NCBI GenBank assembly: GCA_963783355.1
Contig: CAWANF010000007.1
Coordinates: 156,192 to 220,191, forward strand
DNA: 64,000 nucleotides
Reading direction: 5' to 3'
From: an uncultured bacterium
Lineage (GTDB): Bacteria > Bacteroidota > Rhodothermia > Balneolales > DATFMH01
This document shows, piece by piece, positions 9,530-17,895 of the stretch (positions are counted from its first letter, which is position 1; every line of letters starts with the position of its first letter). The notes beneath the pieces are model-generated. The model saw nothing but the letters and a program-made list of their open reading frames with translations. It ran no database searches and was not told the origin of the DNA. Position numbers and translations under genes: made by a program.

Positions 9530-10390
9530 ATGTCGGGTCGTGACCCAAATCTTGGAATATGTTTTTCCGGCAAACAATTATACTTTGCTATTAATGACGT
9601 TGAAACACCCAATCGTTTAATGCGAATTGGGTGTTTTGATTTTAATTTCAATGTAGCAAAAACAATACGTACCCAAAACAAAGAGCATTTCCCGGGTATT
9701 TACGACCTCATCGGCCGGCTCAAAAAACAGTTCCCTTTCTCACAAATACGAATGCTTACTACTCCTGATCATGAATGCTGGACATCCGTTCCCAAGCTTG
9801 TTTATGATCAATCGGATGAACGGGAAGCCCATCTCAAAGTTATTATGAAAGGTATTGAGCGAAAGAACCTTGAACCGGTTTGGTATGAACTCAGTAATCG
9901 CGACTATAAGTTCTTAAATATTCGCAACAAAAGTATCATGTCGGGGTACGAACGATTGAGTGAACACGCTCCGGCTGCTGATTTCTGCAGTGATTTCGAA
10001 ATCGGCTCAAGATGGGTAAAACACAGCAATGCAAAAGGTTCTTTTCTGACCCTGGCCTGTTATCCGGGACTTTTGAGTATTTCCTCGTATATGCTTGGCA
10101 AACTCAGAGCGGCAACCTACCTGCAGTTTGAAGATTTTGAAGATTTACCCTATCTGTGGCTCCATTTTTCCCAAAACCTGAAATGGATGAATGGCCTGTA
10201 CGACGAAATTCTTGTGTATGGTGTCAAAACGTATAAAGTTATCGATACGCTGCGATCTGTTTTGAACGAATCGCCCAATATCCGGAAAATGGACACCCTG
10301 GAATCCATGCTTGTTGATGCCGAAGAATCGACATATAGTTTCAGCCTGGAATCGGCTTTCCCTGCGATAATGCTTGCCCTGAATATCTGA
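9530..10390 (+). CDS. Hypothetical protein, possibly DUF3822-like (actin-like fold)
   Basis: 286-aa ORF immediately upstream of rsmD, where Bacteroidota often carry DUF3822; family assignment is inference. Confidence 0.65.
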   Translation: MSGRDPNLGICFSGKQLYFAINDVETPNRLMRIGCFDFNFNVAKTIRTQNKEHFPGIYDLIGRLKKQFPFSQIRMLTTPDHECWTSVPKLVYDQSDEREAHLKVIMKGIERKNLEPVWYELSNRDYKFLNIRNKSIMSGYERLSEHAPAADFCSDFEIGSRWVKHSNAKGSFLTLACYPGLLSISSYMLGKLRAATYLQFEDFEDLPYLWLHFSQNLKWMNGLYDEILVYGVKTYKVIDTLRSVLNESPNIRKMDTLESMLVDAEESTYSFSLESAFPAIMLALNI

Positions 10391-10428
10391 ACATATTGTT
10401 CATTCATTAACACTATTCAATTTTTTTT

Positions 10429-11010
10429 ATGCGAATCATTACGGGTAAACTCAAAGGTCGACAAATAAAAATCCCAAAAGAGATAAATTATATCCGCCCG
10501 ACCTCGGACCGTACCAAAGAAGGGATGTTCGGTATCATTGATGCCCGTAAAGATTTTCGGGGAGCAGATATTCTGGATCTTTTTGCCGGGACCGGCAACC
10601 TGGGTTTTGAATGCATTTCCAGAGGTGCCGCCCATGCTTTTTTCATTGACGGCAGCAAAGAAGCCATCCGCATCATCAAGGAAAATGCAAAAACACTGGA
10701 TATCGAATCGCAAGTAAGCAGCCAGTTTTCGGATATCATGCGATTTGTTGACGGACATCCCCGTGCATATGATTTGGTATTTGCCGATCCTCCCTATGAT
10801 TTTCCTGAAATGGAAGAATTGATTGAACACATTGTAAACGATGGCTGGCTTAAAGAAGATGGATGGTTCATCCTGGAACATGATGCACGGCATAACTTCT
10901 CGGATCATCCGAATTGTGTTTTTATGAAACCCTATGGACGTACTATTGTAACAATTTTCGTAAGTTATCCTGTACAAGCAGCTTCCCCTGAAGAAACCGA
11001 TGAATCATGA
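10429..11010 (+). CDS. rsmD: 16S rRNA m2G966 methyltransferase
   Basis: MRIITG..KGR, RPTSDR.KE, LDLFAGTG, FADPPY. Confidence 0.95.
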   Translation: MRIITGKLKGRQIKIPKEINYIRPTSDRTKEGMFGIIDARKDFRGADILDLFAGTGNLGFECISRGAAHAFFIDGSKEAIRIIKENAKTLDIESQVSSQFSDIMRFVDGHPRAYDLVFADPPYDFPEMEELIEHIVNDGWLKEDGWFILEHDARHNFSDHPNCVFMKPYGRTIVTIFVSYPVQAASPEETDES

Positions 11011-11507
11011 ATCTTACCGCGCTCTATCCCGGATCATTCGACCCCATGACTTACGGCCATCTGGATATCCTGGAACGTGCCACGCACATGTTCGATAATA
11101 TTATTGTGGCCATTGCAAAAAACACCAGTAAAGAAGGAGGAGTCTTCACCGTTGAAGAACGCCAGGAACTCATCAAAGAATGCATTCAGGGCCATGAATG
11201 GGGTAAACATGTAGAAGTGGATAACTTCACAGGTTTACTGGTCAATTATGCAAAAAAACGAAATGTCAAAACCCTGATTCGGGGCGTGCGGCAGATCTCG
11301 GATTTTGAATACGAATTTCGGATGGCCCTTATGAATCGACGCCTCGAACCCGAGATAGACACACTTTTTCTGATGCCCAGCGAAGAATTAACTTTTGTTT
11401 CGGCTTCATTGGTACGGGAAATAGCTTATTGGGGAGGAGAACTTACTCAATTCGTGCCGGAAAACGTAGCTAAGGCCTTAAAAGTGAAGTATTCACAAAA
11501 AAAATAA
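11007..11507 (+). CDS. coaD: Pantetheine-phosphate adenylyltransferase
   Basis: YPGSFDP.TYGHLD, IRGVR..SDFEYE, SASLVRE; ATGA overlap with rsmD. Confidence 0.97.
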   Translation: MNLTALYPGSFDPMTYGHLDILERATHMFDNIIVAIAKNTSKEGGVFTVEERQELIKECIQGHEWGKHVEVDNFTGLLVNYAKKRNVKTLIRGVRQISDFEYEFRMALMNRRLEPEIDTLFLMPSEELTFVSASLVREIAYWGGELTQFVPENVAKALKVKYSQKK

Positions 11508-11613
11508 GCCGATTAACGTAATCTTACACTTTTTCCATAGAAAACAGGCCGCTCTTTTTGTAAATTGTTTTCTCCTCATACTTTGACCTCTCATATCAAA
11601 AAAAACAAATGTT

Positions 11614-12807
11614 ATGATATCAAACCGAGCGGCATCTGTAGCTCCTTCTGAAACATTAAAAATATCGGCACGTGCTAAAGAATTACAGCGCGAAGGCAAA
11701 CCTGTCATTTCTCTCAGCGCCGGTGAACCAGATTTTAAAACACCTGGCTACATCTGCGAAGCGGCTATAAAAGCCATAAATGACGGATTTCATGGATATA
11801 CCATGAACACAGGCACTCCGGAATTACGTGAAGCTATTATAAACAAGCTTAAACGTGACAATAATCTGGATTTCAAACCTGATCAAATTATCGTAAGTAA
11901 CGGGGCTAAACAATCGGTTGGATTCAGCCTGCTGGCTCTTGTTGACGAAGGTGACGAGGTCGTCATACCGGCACCTTACTGGGTATCTTATCCGGAAATG
12001 GTAAAACTGGCACAGGGAAAACCGGTCATCGTCAGTACCCAATACGAAAATAATTACCGGATGACACCGGAACAGCTGGAAGAAGCCATCACGGATAAAA
12101 CCAAGGCTTTAATTTTGTGCTCTCCGTCGAATCCAACAGGAAGCTGTTATTCCGCCGACGATTTGAAGGGGCTGGCCGAAGTGCTAAAAAAACATCCGGA
12201 CGTTTATATCATTTCTGATGAGATTTACGAATATATCACGTTCGAAAACGAGCATGTCGGCATCGGACAGGTTGCTCCTGAATTGCAAAACCGCCTGCTT
12301 GTTATCAATGGTTTTTCCAAAGGATTTGCCATGACCGGCTGGAGGCTCGGATATCTTGCAGGACCTAAAGAAGTGGTTCAGGCTGTTTCCAAAATTCAAA
12401 GCCAGGAAACATCGGCTCCTTCTTCTATCTCCCAGAAAGCGGGTGAAGCAGCTTACACTAACAATCTTGATGAAGTCCACAAGATGCGCGATGAATTCAG
12501 AAAACGTCGCGATTACATCGTAGGGGCACTGAATGATATCGACGGAGTCCGTTGTTTCAAACCCGGCGGTGCTTTCTATGCTTTTCCTGATATTTCATCA
12601 TTCTTTGGTAAAAAGACCGCTTCCGGCAAAAAAATTGAAACCAGTACTGAGCTATGCCTCTATTTACTGGAAGAATATAATATAGCCGCTGTACCCGGCG
12701 ATGCTTTCGGGGAACCAAAAGGCATCCGTATCAGTTATGCTACTTCAATGGAACTGCTTGAAGAAGCCATGAAAAGACTAAATAGCGGGTTAAAAGCGTT
12801 AGTTTAA
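11614..12807 (+). CDS. aspC: PLP-dependent aminotransferase class I/II (aspartate aminotransferase type)
   Basis: AGEPDF, NGAKQ, PYWVSY, SPSNPTG, SDEIY, GFSKGFAMTGWRLGY. Confidence 0.92.
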   Translation: MISNRAASVAPSETLKISARAKELQREGKPVISLSAGEPDFKTPGYICEAAIKAINDGFHGYTMNTGTPELREAIINKLKRDNNLDFKPDQIIVSNGAKQSVGFSLLALVDEGDEVVIPAPYWVSYPEMVKLAQGKPVIVSTQYENNYRMTPEQLEEAITDKTKALILCSPSNPTGSCYSADDLKGLAEVLKKHPDVYIISDEIYEYITFENEHVGIGQVAPELQNRLLVINGFSKGFAMTGWRLGYLAGPKEVVQAVSKIQSQETSAPSSISQKAGEAAYTNNLDEVHKMRDEFRKRRDYIVGALNDIDGVRCFKPGGAFYAFPDISSFFGKKTASGKKIETSTELCLYLLEEYNIAAVPGDAFGEPKGIRISYATSMELLEEAMKRLNSGLKALV

Positions 12808-12902
12808 CAGCTTTTTATAAAACAATAGAAAACTGGATCGTCGAAAAGCGTTATATTTAGGCAATTTCAACATAACAAACTGGTATTTAGAACCGTAAAG
12901 CT

Positions 12903-13136
12903 ATGCCTACATATGAATACAAACGTGAAGATGGCTCGACTTTTGAGGTATTCCAGGGAATCAACGACAAACCTTTGGAAACCTGTCCGACTACCGGACA
13001 AAAAGTGGAACGTGTAATCACTGGTGGCGCCGGCGTTGTTTACAAAGGTAATGGCTTTTACATTACCGATTATAAAAACAAATCGACCTCATCAGCATCT
13101 TCATCAACGAAATCGACTGGTAACAGCGATAAATAA
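12903..13136 (+). CDS. FmdB-family regulatory protein (Cys-poor variant)
   Basis: MPTYEYK start, PLETCP, KGNGFYITDY signature, Ser-rich tail. Confidence 0.85.
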   Translation: MPTYEYKREDGSTFEVFQGINDKPLETCPTTGQKVERVITGGAGVVYKGNGFYITDYKNKSTSSASSSTKSTGNSDK

Positions 13137-13144
13137 AATTTACA

Positions 13145-13174
13145 GGCACCCGGAATCATTCCGGGTGTTTTTTT
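13145..13174 (+). terminator. Intrinsic terminator
   Basis: gcacccggaa-tca-ttccgggtgt followed by a T-run. Confidence 0.85.
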
Positions 13175-13201
13175 AATCGCCTCATAAAGAATAATTATTA
13201 A

Positions 13202-13576
13202 ATGAGCGCAGGGGAATCTACAAAGCAGATAGGAGACCGTGGTGAAAAGCTCGCCGCCATGTACCTGGAAAACAAAGGGTATATGATTCTTGAACAAAAT
13301 TATCGTTTTGAGCGGGCTGAAGTCGATATAGTAGCATTCAAAGAACATGAAATAGTTTTTGTGGAAGTAAAACTTCGCACAAGCTTGAAATACGGTCATC
13401 CCGAAGACGCCGTAAACGAGCAAAAACAGCAGCAAATCTTCAAAGCAGCGGAAGCATGGCTTTATGAACGGAAAATGGATGGTTCGCCGGCTCGTTTTGA
13501 TGTCATTTCCATTTTAAGTTCTTCACCGACCGAGCATAAAATCAAACATTTTGAAAATGCCTTCACGTATATTTAA
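13202..13576 (+). CDS. yraN: YraN/UPF0102 family protein
   Basis: G..GE..A..YL...GY.ILE.NYR, EVDIVA, VFVEVK.R, RFDVI. Confidence 0.93.
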   Translation: MSAGESTKQIGDRGEKLAAMYLENKGYMILEQNYRFERAEVDIVAFKEHEIVFVEVKLRTSLKYGHPEDAVNEQKQQQIFKAAEAWLYERKMDGSPARFDVISILSSSPTEHKIKHFENAFTYI

Positions 13577-13603
13577 ATTTTGCTTTGAACGCTACAACAG
13601 GGT

Positions 13604-13945
13604 ATGAATAAGGCGCTTCAAAAATATACGGCCTGGTTAATACTGGTATTTTATATACCCGTAGTATTATTGCTTGGTTTCGACCACAAGCATGAACCAG
13701 CAGTGCGTCCTCCGAGCGGCAAACATCTTGTCATTAATAAACTCGATACTCATAGCCTGTCTCAAAATCCGTTTGATGGTTTTTGCCCCGCATGTCACTT
13801 TTCACAGGGGCACGTTTTTCCGCAATCCATCATCATCACCCTTCCTTTCAATGTTCACAAATTTCTGGTTCCGGTCCGCAATCATCTGATCGAATTCAGG
13901 CTAAACTATTCTCCCGGAAAAAGAGCTCCTCCGTCCATCGCCTGA
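13604..13945 (+). CDS. DUF2946/CruR-like leader protein with CxxC and C-terminal RAPP arrest motif
   Basis: N-terminal TM/signal, DHKHE, CPACH (13784-13798), RAPP (13922-13933) followed by only SIA and the stop; lies directly upstream of a TBDR. Confidence 0.8.
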   Translation: MNKALQKYTAWLILVFYIPVVLLLGFDHKHEPAVRPPSGKHLVINKLDTHSLSQNPFDGFCPACHFSQGHVFPQSIIITLPFNVHKFLVPVRNHLIEFRLNYSPGKRAPPSIA

Positions 13946-14047
13946 ACCCGTCCATTTTTTATCCTTATAAGGCAAAGTATGCCTTTTAACGTCTTTGGTG
14001 TGGGTTAATCTATCTCTTATTAAAAACTATTTTATTCCATTTTTAAA

Positions 14048-16294
14048 GTGATTATGGCTATGGAAACAGCACATCATAAATACACTATATTTACGCCTAT
14101 ATTAATAATACTATTATTCTTATCGAACCTTACTTTTGCACAGTCTCAAAAACTATCCGGATATATCTTCGACCAGCATCACCAGCCAATCCCGGGTACA
14201 CAAATATATATTCCTGCTATCAACCGCGGAACGGTTACCGATATAAATGGTTTTTTTTCTATTAATAACATTCCGGATGGAATCTATGCCGTACAGTTCA
14301 CTTACGTCGGTTACCAAAGGCAGGTATTACAAATTGATACTAAAAAAACTCACGGACCTGTCCACGTAACATTGCGGGAAAGCACACTACAGCTACCCGG
14401 AGTCACAGTTACCGGGACAGCACAGCCTACCGACGTACTGTCTTCATCTCAATCTATTTCTGCTATCGACAGTAAGCAGTTTCAACGGCTGAGCGGAGCC
14501 ACTGCTATGAGCGCTCTCAGAAATACTCCCGGCCTTTCTCTGATAACTACAGGAAACGGGGTTGCCAAACCTGTCATCCACGGACTCAGTTCACAACGCA
14601 TAGTGGTTATGGTGGATGGCGTTCGCCAGGACGCCCAAAACTGGGGCGGGGATCACGGACCGGAAATCAGTCCGTTCCAAGTCAATCGTATTGAAGTCGT
14701 AAAGGGGCCCAGCAGTGTTCTTTATGGCGCCGGAGCTTTGGGCGGGGTGGTTAATGTCATCGGCCCCGATTTGCCTACATCGGGTAATGGAACATCAGAG
14801 CTAAACGGTAAACTGAACTTGCAGGGATTTTCTAATAATAACCAGGGGGCAGGCGCCATTTTATTGAGCGGAGCGAGCGGATCGCTGGGATACCGGGCTC
14901 AAATCAGTCATATTGCCGCCGGAAACATTTCCACACCGGACGGAAAATTATTTAACAGCGGGATGCATAAAACAAATGGAAGTTTCATGATTGGAACAAC
15001 CCAATCATGGGGAACCATATCGATGGATTATGATCACCTTCAACAAAGTCTCCAGATTCATGATAATTCAACTTCTACCGGTTATCAGCCGTTAAAGAAC
15101 GATTTACTGCATCTCCACGCTAATATTCCGGCTAAAGATTTCAGGCTCGAAATACAGGCCGGTTACCAACACAATAACCGACAGGAATTTGATTCGAAAA
15201 GTTCAGCTGATCCAAGCCTTTTTCTGAAACTGAATACCGGCACTATCAATGTCAAAGCGCATCATAAACCGATAGGTCCGGTATTTGGAACTATTGGTTT
15301 CTCATCCATGATTCAAACAAACCGTACACTGGGTTTAAGCAAGCTTATCCCGGGCTATAATCTTCAGAATTTTGCCGGTTTTATATATGAGCAGGCTCAG
15401 TTCGGACCTTTAAATCTATCGGCCGGCGGACGGTTCGATGCACGAAATCTTGACGTTTTGGACACCCCGGACCTGGGAGTTAAAGCCGTAAACAGAAAAT
15501 ATAATGCTTTGAGCGGCTCATTGGGTGCCGCCCTTCATCTCACTTCCGATTTGTCGCTTTCAGCCAATCTGGGACATGCCTGGAGAGCACCCACAGCATT
15601 CGAAATGTTTGTACACGGAGTTCATGAAGGCACATTGCAATACGACATTGGTAATTCAAATCTAAAATCAGAAAAGGCAACGAATATTCAGTCGTCATTA
15701 AAGCTGGTAACCAATCATCTTGTAGCGGAAATATCAATTTATAACAATCAAATAAACCGGTATATCTATGCTGATCCTTCAGGTACCTATGATCCACAAT
15801 CAGGTTATCAAATCTACTATCTGAAACAGGCTAATGCACGAATTCGTGGAATAGACGCTTCTCTTCAAACAGAAATCACCCATTGGTTTTCTATTGATGG
15901 CGGTTACAGCTTTTTACGCGGCGATAACCTGAAACTACATATTCCATTGACTTTTATGCCTGCAAATAATGGATATGTCGGTTTGAAACTACAACAAAAG
16001 CAGGTTGGCAAATTCTACGATCCATACTTTTCGATTCATACTGAATTTTATGCAAAACAGGATCGCGTTGCCCCGAACGAACCTACAAGCCGGGGTTATA
16101 CACTGGTGAATCTGACCCTCGGCTCTGATTTGCACCTTGGGAATACTCCGATTCAAATGGATATTATCGTGCATAACTTGTTCAACAAAGCATATATCGA
16201 CCATTTAAGCCGCTATCGTGATATTCCTGCTTTGAATCCGGGACGAAATATCGCTTTAAAACTGCAAATTCCATTTAATCTTATAAAAAAGTAG
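14048..16294 (+). CDS. TonB-dependent receptor, putative metal uptake
   Basis: Signal peptide, carboxypeptidase-regulatory-like N-domain (GTVTDINGFFSI), plug KPVIHGL and IEVVKGPSSVLYGAGALGGVVN, WGGDHG and HGVHEGT His motifs, C-terminal PGRN. Confidence 0.93.
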   Translation: MIMAMETAHHKYTIFTPILIILLFLSNLTFAQSQKLSGYIFDQHHQPIPGTQIYIPAINRGTVTDINGFFSINNIPDGIYAVQFTYVGYQRQVLQIDTKKTHGPVHVTLRESTLQLPGVTVTGTAQPTDVLSSSQSISAIDSKQFQRLSGATAMSALRNTPGLSLITTGNGVAKPVIHGLSSQRIVVMVDGVRQDAQNWGGDHGPEISPFQVNRIEVVKGPSSVLYGAGALGGVVNVIGPDLPTSGNGTSELNGKLNLQGFSNNNQGAGAILLSGASGSLGYRAQISHIAAGNISTPDGKLFNSGMHKTNGSFMIGTTQSWGTISMDYDHLQQSLQIHDNSTSTGYQPLKNDLLHLHANIPAKDFRLEIQAGYQHNNRQEFDSKSSADPSLFLKLNTGTINVKAHHKPIGPVFGTIGFSSMIQTNRTLGLSKLIPGYNLQNFAGFIYEQAQFGPLNLSAGGRFDARNLDVLDTPDLGVKAVNRKYNALSGSLGAALHLTSDLSLSANLGHAWRAPTAFEMFVHGVHEGTLQYDIGNSNLKSEKATNIQSSLKLVTNHLVAEISIYNNQINRYIYADPSGTYDPQSGYQIYYLKQANARIRGIDASLQTEITHWFSIDGGYSFLRGDNLKLHIPLTFMPANNGYVGLKLQQKQVGKFYDPYFSIHTEFYAKQDRVAPNEPTSRGYTLVNLTLGSDLHLGNTPIQMDIIVHNLFNKAYIDHLSRYRDIPALNPGRNIALKLQIPFNLIKK

Positions 16295-16376
16295 TGAGAT
16301 TTGAGTATTGAGTATTGAGCATTCGGATCGACATTTTCAAAAGTCTGATATCTCAATACTCACTACTATGTACTCA
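16295..16376. repeat. Inverted pair of 7-bp tandem arrays (TGAGTAT-like x4 / ATACTCA-like x4)
   Basis: tgagatt tgagtat tgagtat tgagcat (16295-16322) and tatctca atactca ctactat gtactca (16349-16376). Confidence 0.75.
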
Positions 16377-16456
16377 ACTTTGCAATAAATAGTGAAACTG
16401 TACCAAATAATTAATATAATAGACGAGGGTATTCATTAAAAAATGATCATAGATCC

Positions 16457-16762
16457 ATGAACCTACAATTATTAAATCCGCTGCGCTGGAGAAAATCATT
16501 TCTGTTATTTCTTTTGGTGGGCTTTTTTATTCTTTGGTTTGGTTTTCTGGATACATATAGTGTCTGGACGCGATATAAACTCGATCGCGAAAAGGTTACT
16601 TTGGTAAAAAAAACTGAAATCCTGAAGAAAAAAACGGCTGAACTGAATAAGAAAATTCAGGATTTAAAAAAGGACCCCTCTAAAATTGAAAAGATCGCAA
16701 GGGAACAATACGGGATGAGGAAAAAAGACGAAACCGTTTTTAAGGTTGAAGCTCAAAAATAA
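16457..16762 (+). CDS. ftsB: FtsB/DivIC septum formation initiator family
   Basis: TM helix, coiled coil, IEKIAREQYGM.K.DE.VF. Confidence 0.88.
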   Translation: MNLQLLNPLRWRKSFLLFLLVGFFILWFGFLDTYSVWTRYKLDREKVTLVKKTEILKKKTAELNKKIQDLKKDPSKIEKIAREQYGMRKKDETVFKVEAQK

Positions 16763-16933
16763 CGTTGCCCGATTCAGATAGTACGACACAAATTGTGTCA
16801 ATTCTTCAAAGAGCCGAAACTATTTTGAATTTCGTTGGAATATTTTGATGTTTGTAGCCACGGCTATACTTTTTTTTGCTAAATTCACCCATGATTGTAT
16901 TAAAATGAATTTCACTTAATCAGAAACGGATCT

Positions 16934-17893
16934 ATGATTGGAATCGGGATTGACTTCGGCGGAACCAACATAAAAGGAGCCCTGGTCGATAGCACTCAAG
17001 GAATTGTAAAAAAGTTTTCAATACCTACAGAAGCAGAAAAAGGGAAAGAGCATACTATTAATCGAATTTGTACCGCCATCGAAACCGCGGCCAGTTTTTC
17101 AAATGATCAGGTTCCTGTTGGAGTGGGTATCGGCTCACCCGGTGTTATTTCACTGGATCGTACCACCGTTTCTGATCCTCCCAATCTTCCCGGATGGAAT
17201 GTCGTTAACCTGGCTTATGAAATTGAATCAAAAACAGGATATCAATGCCGTGTTGAAAATGATGCCAACCTTGCTGCATTGGGATCATTACATTTTGGTG
17301 TAGGAAACAAATTCCACAGTTTTATCATGCTGACCCTCGGTACGGGCGTGGGAGGCGGAATCATTTTTAAAAATGAATTATTCCGTGGTACAAGCGGTGG
17401 TGCCGCAGAGCTCGGTCATGTCATTATCGATTATCATGGACCTATCTCTAACAGCCCTGCACGCGGTGGTATTGAAGCCTATATTGGCCAACGATTCTTA
17501 AGCCGCTATGCTGCGGATATTCTTCGCCAGCATCCGGAAAACATGCTTTATAAAACCTTCCAGAATAAGCTTGAGGAACTGGAACCGCTCGATTTATACA
17601 ATGCCTGCAACGACGGTAACGAAATAGCCCAACAAATTCTGGCTTCTGCAGGTGAAAAACTCGGGTACGCTATCGTTAATTATATTCATGTGCTGGATAT
17701 TCGTAAAGTTGTTGTTGGCGGCGGTGTATCCAAAGCCGGGCACTGGATTTTAGAACCAGCCAGAAAAGCAGCGCTTTCACGTCTCTTGCACCCATTTCAT
17801 GATGGATTTGAAATCGTATATGAACCACTGGGCAATGATGTTGCACTTCTGGGTGCCGCCAGCCTGGCATTCGAACTGAAACGAAATCAATAA
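16934..17893 (+). CDS. ROK-family sugar kinase (glucokinase-like)
   Basis: IGIDFGGT, GIGSPG, VENDAN.AALG, TLGTGVGGG, ELGH, GGGV. Confidence 0.92.
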   Translation: MIGIGIDFGGTNIKGALVDSTQGIVKKFSIPTEAEKGKEHTINRICTAIETAASFSNDQVPVGVGIGSPGVISLDRTTVSDPPNLPGWNVVNLAYEIESKTGYQCRVENDANLAALGSLHFGVGNKFHSFIMLTLGTGVGGGIIFKNELFRGTSGGAAELGHVIIDYHGPISNSPARGGIEAYIGQRFLSRYAADILRQHPENMLYKTFQNKLEELEPLDLYNACNDGNEIAQQILASAGEKLGYAIVNYIHVLDIRKVVVGGGVSKAGHWILEPARKAALSRLLHPFHDGFEIVYEPLGNDVALLGAASLAFELKRNQ

Positions 17894-17895
17894 TT

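Noticed and set aside
10417..10977. 186-aa minus-strand ORF
   Set aside because: Antisense shadow of rsmD with no recognisable motifs
13784..13798. CPACH as a c-type heme-binding motif
   Set aside because: No cytochrome-like context; TM, CxxC and terminal RAPP upstream of a TBDR fit DUF2946-like leaders better
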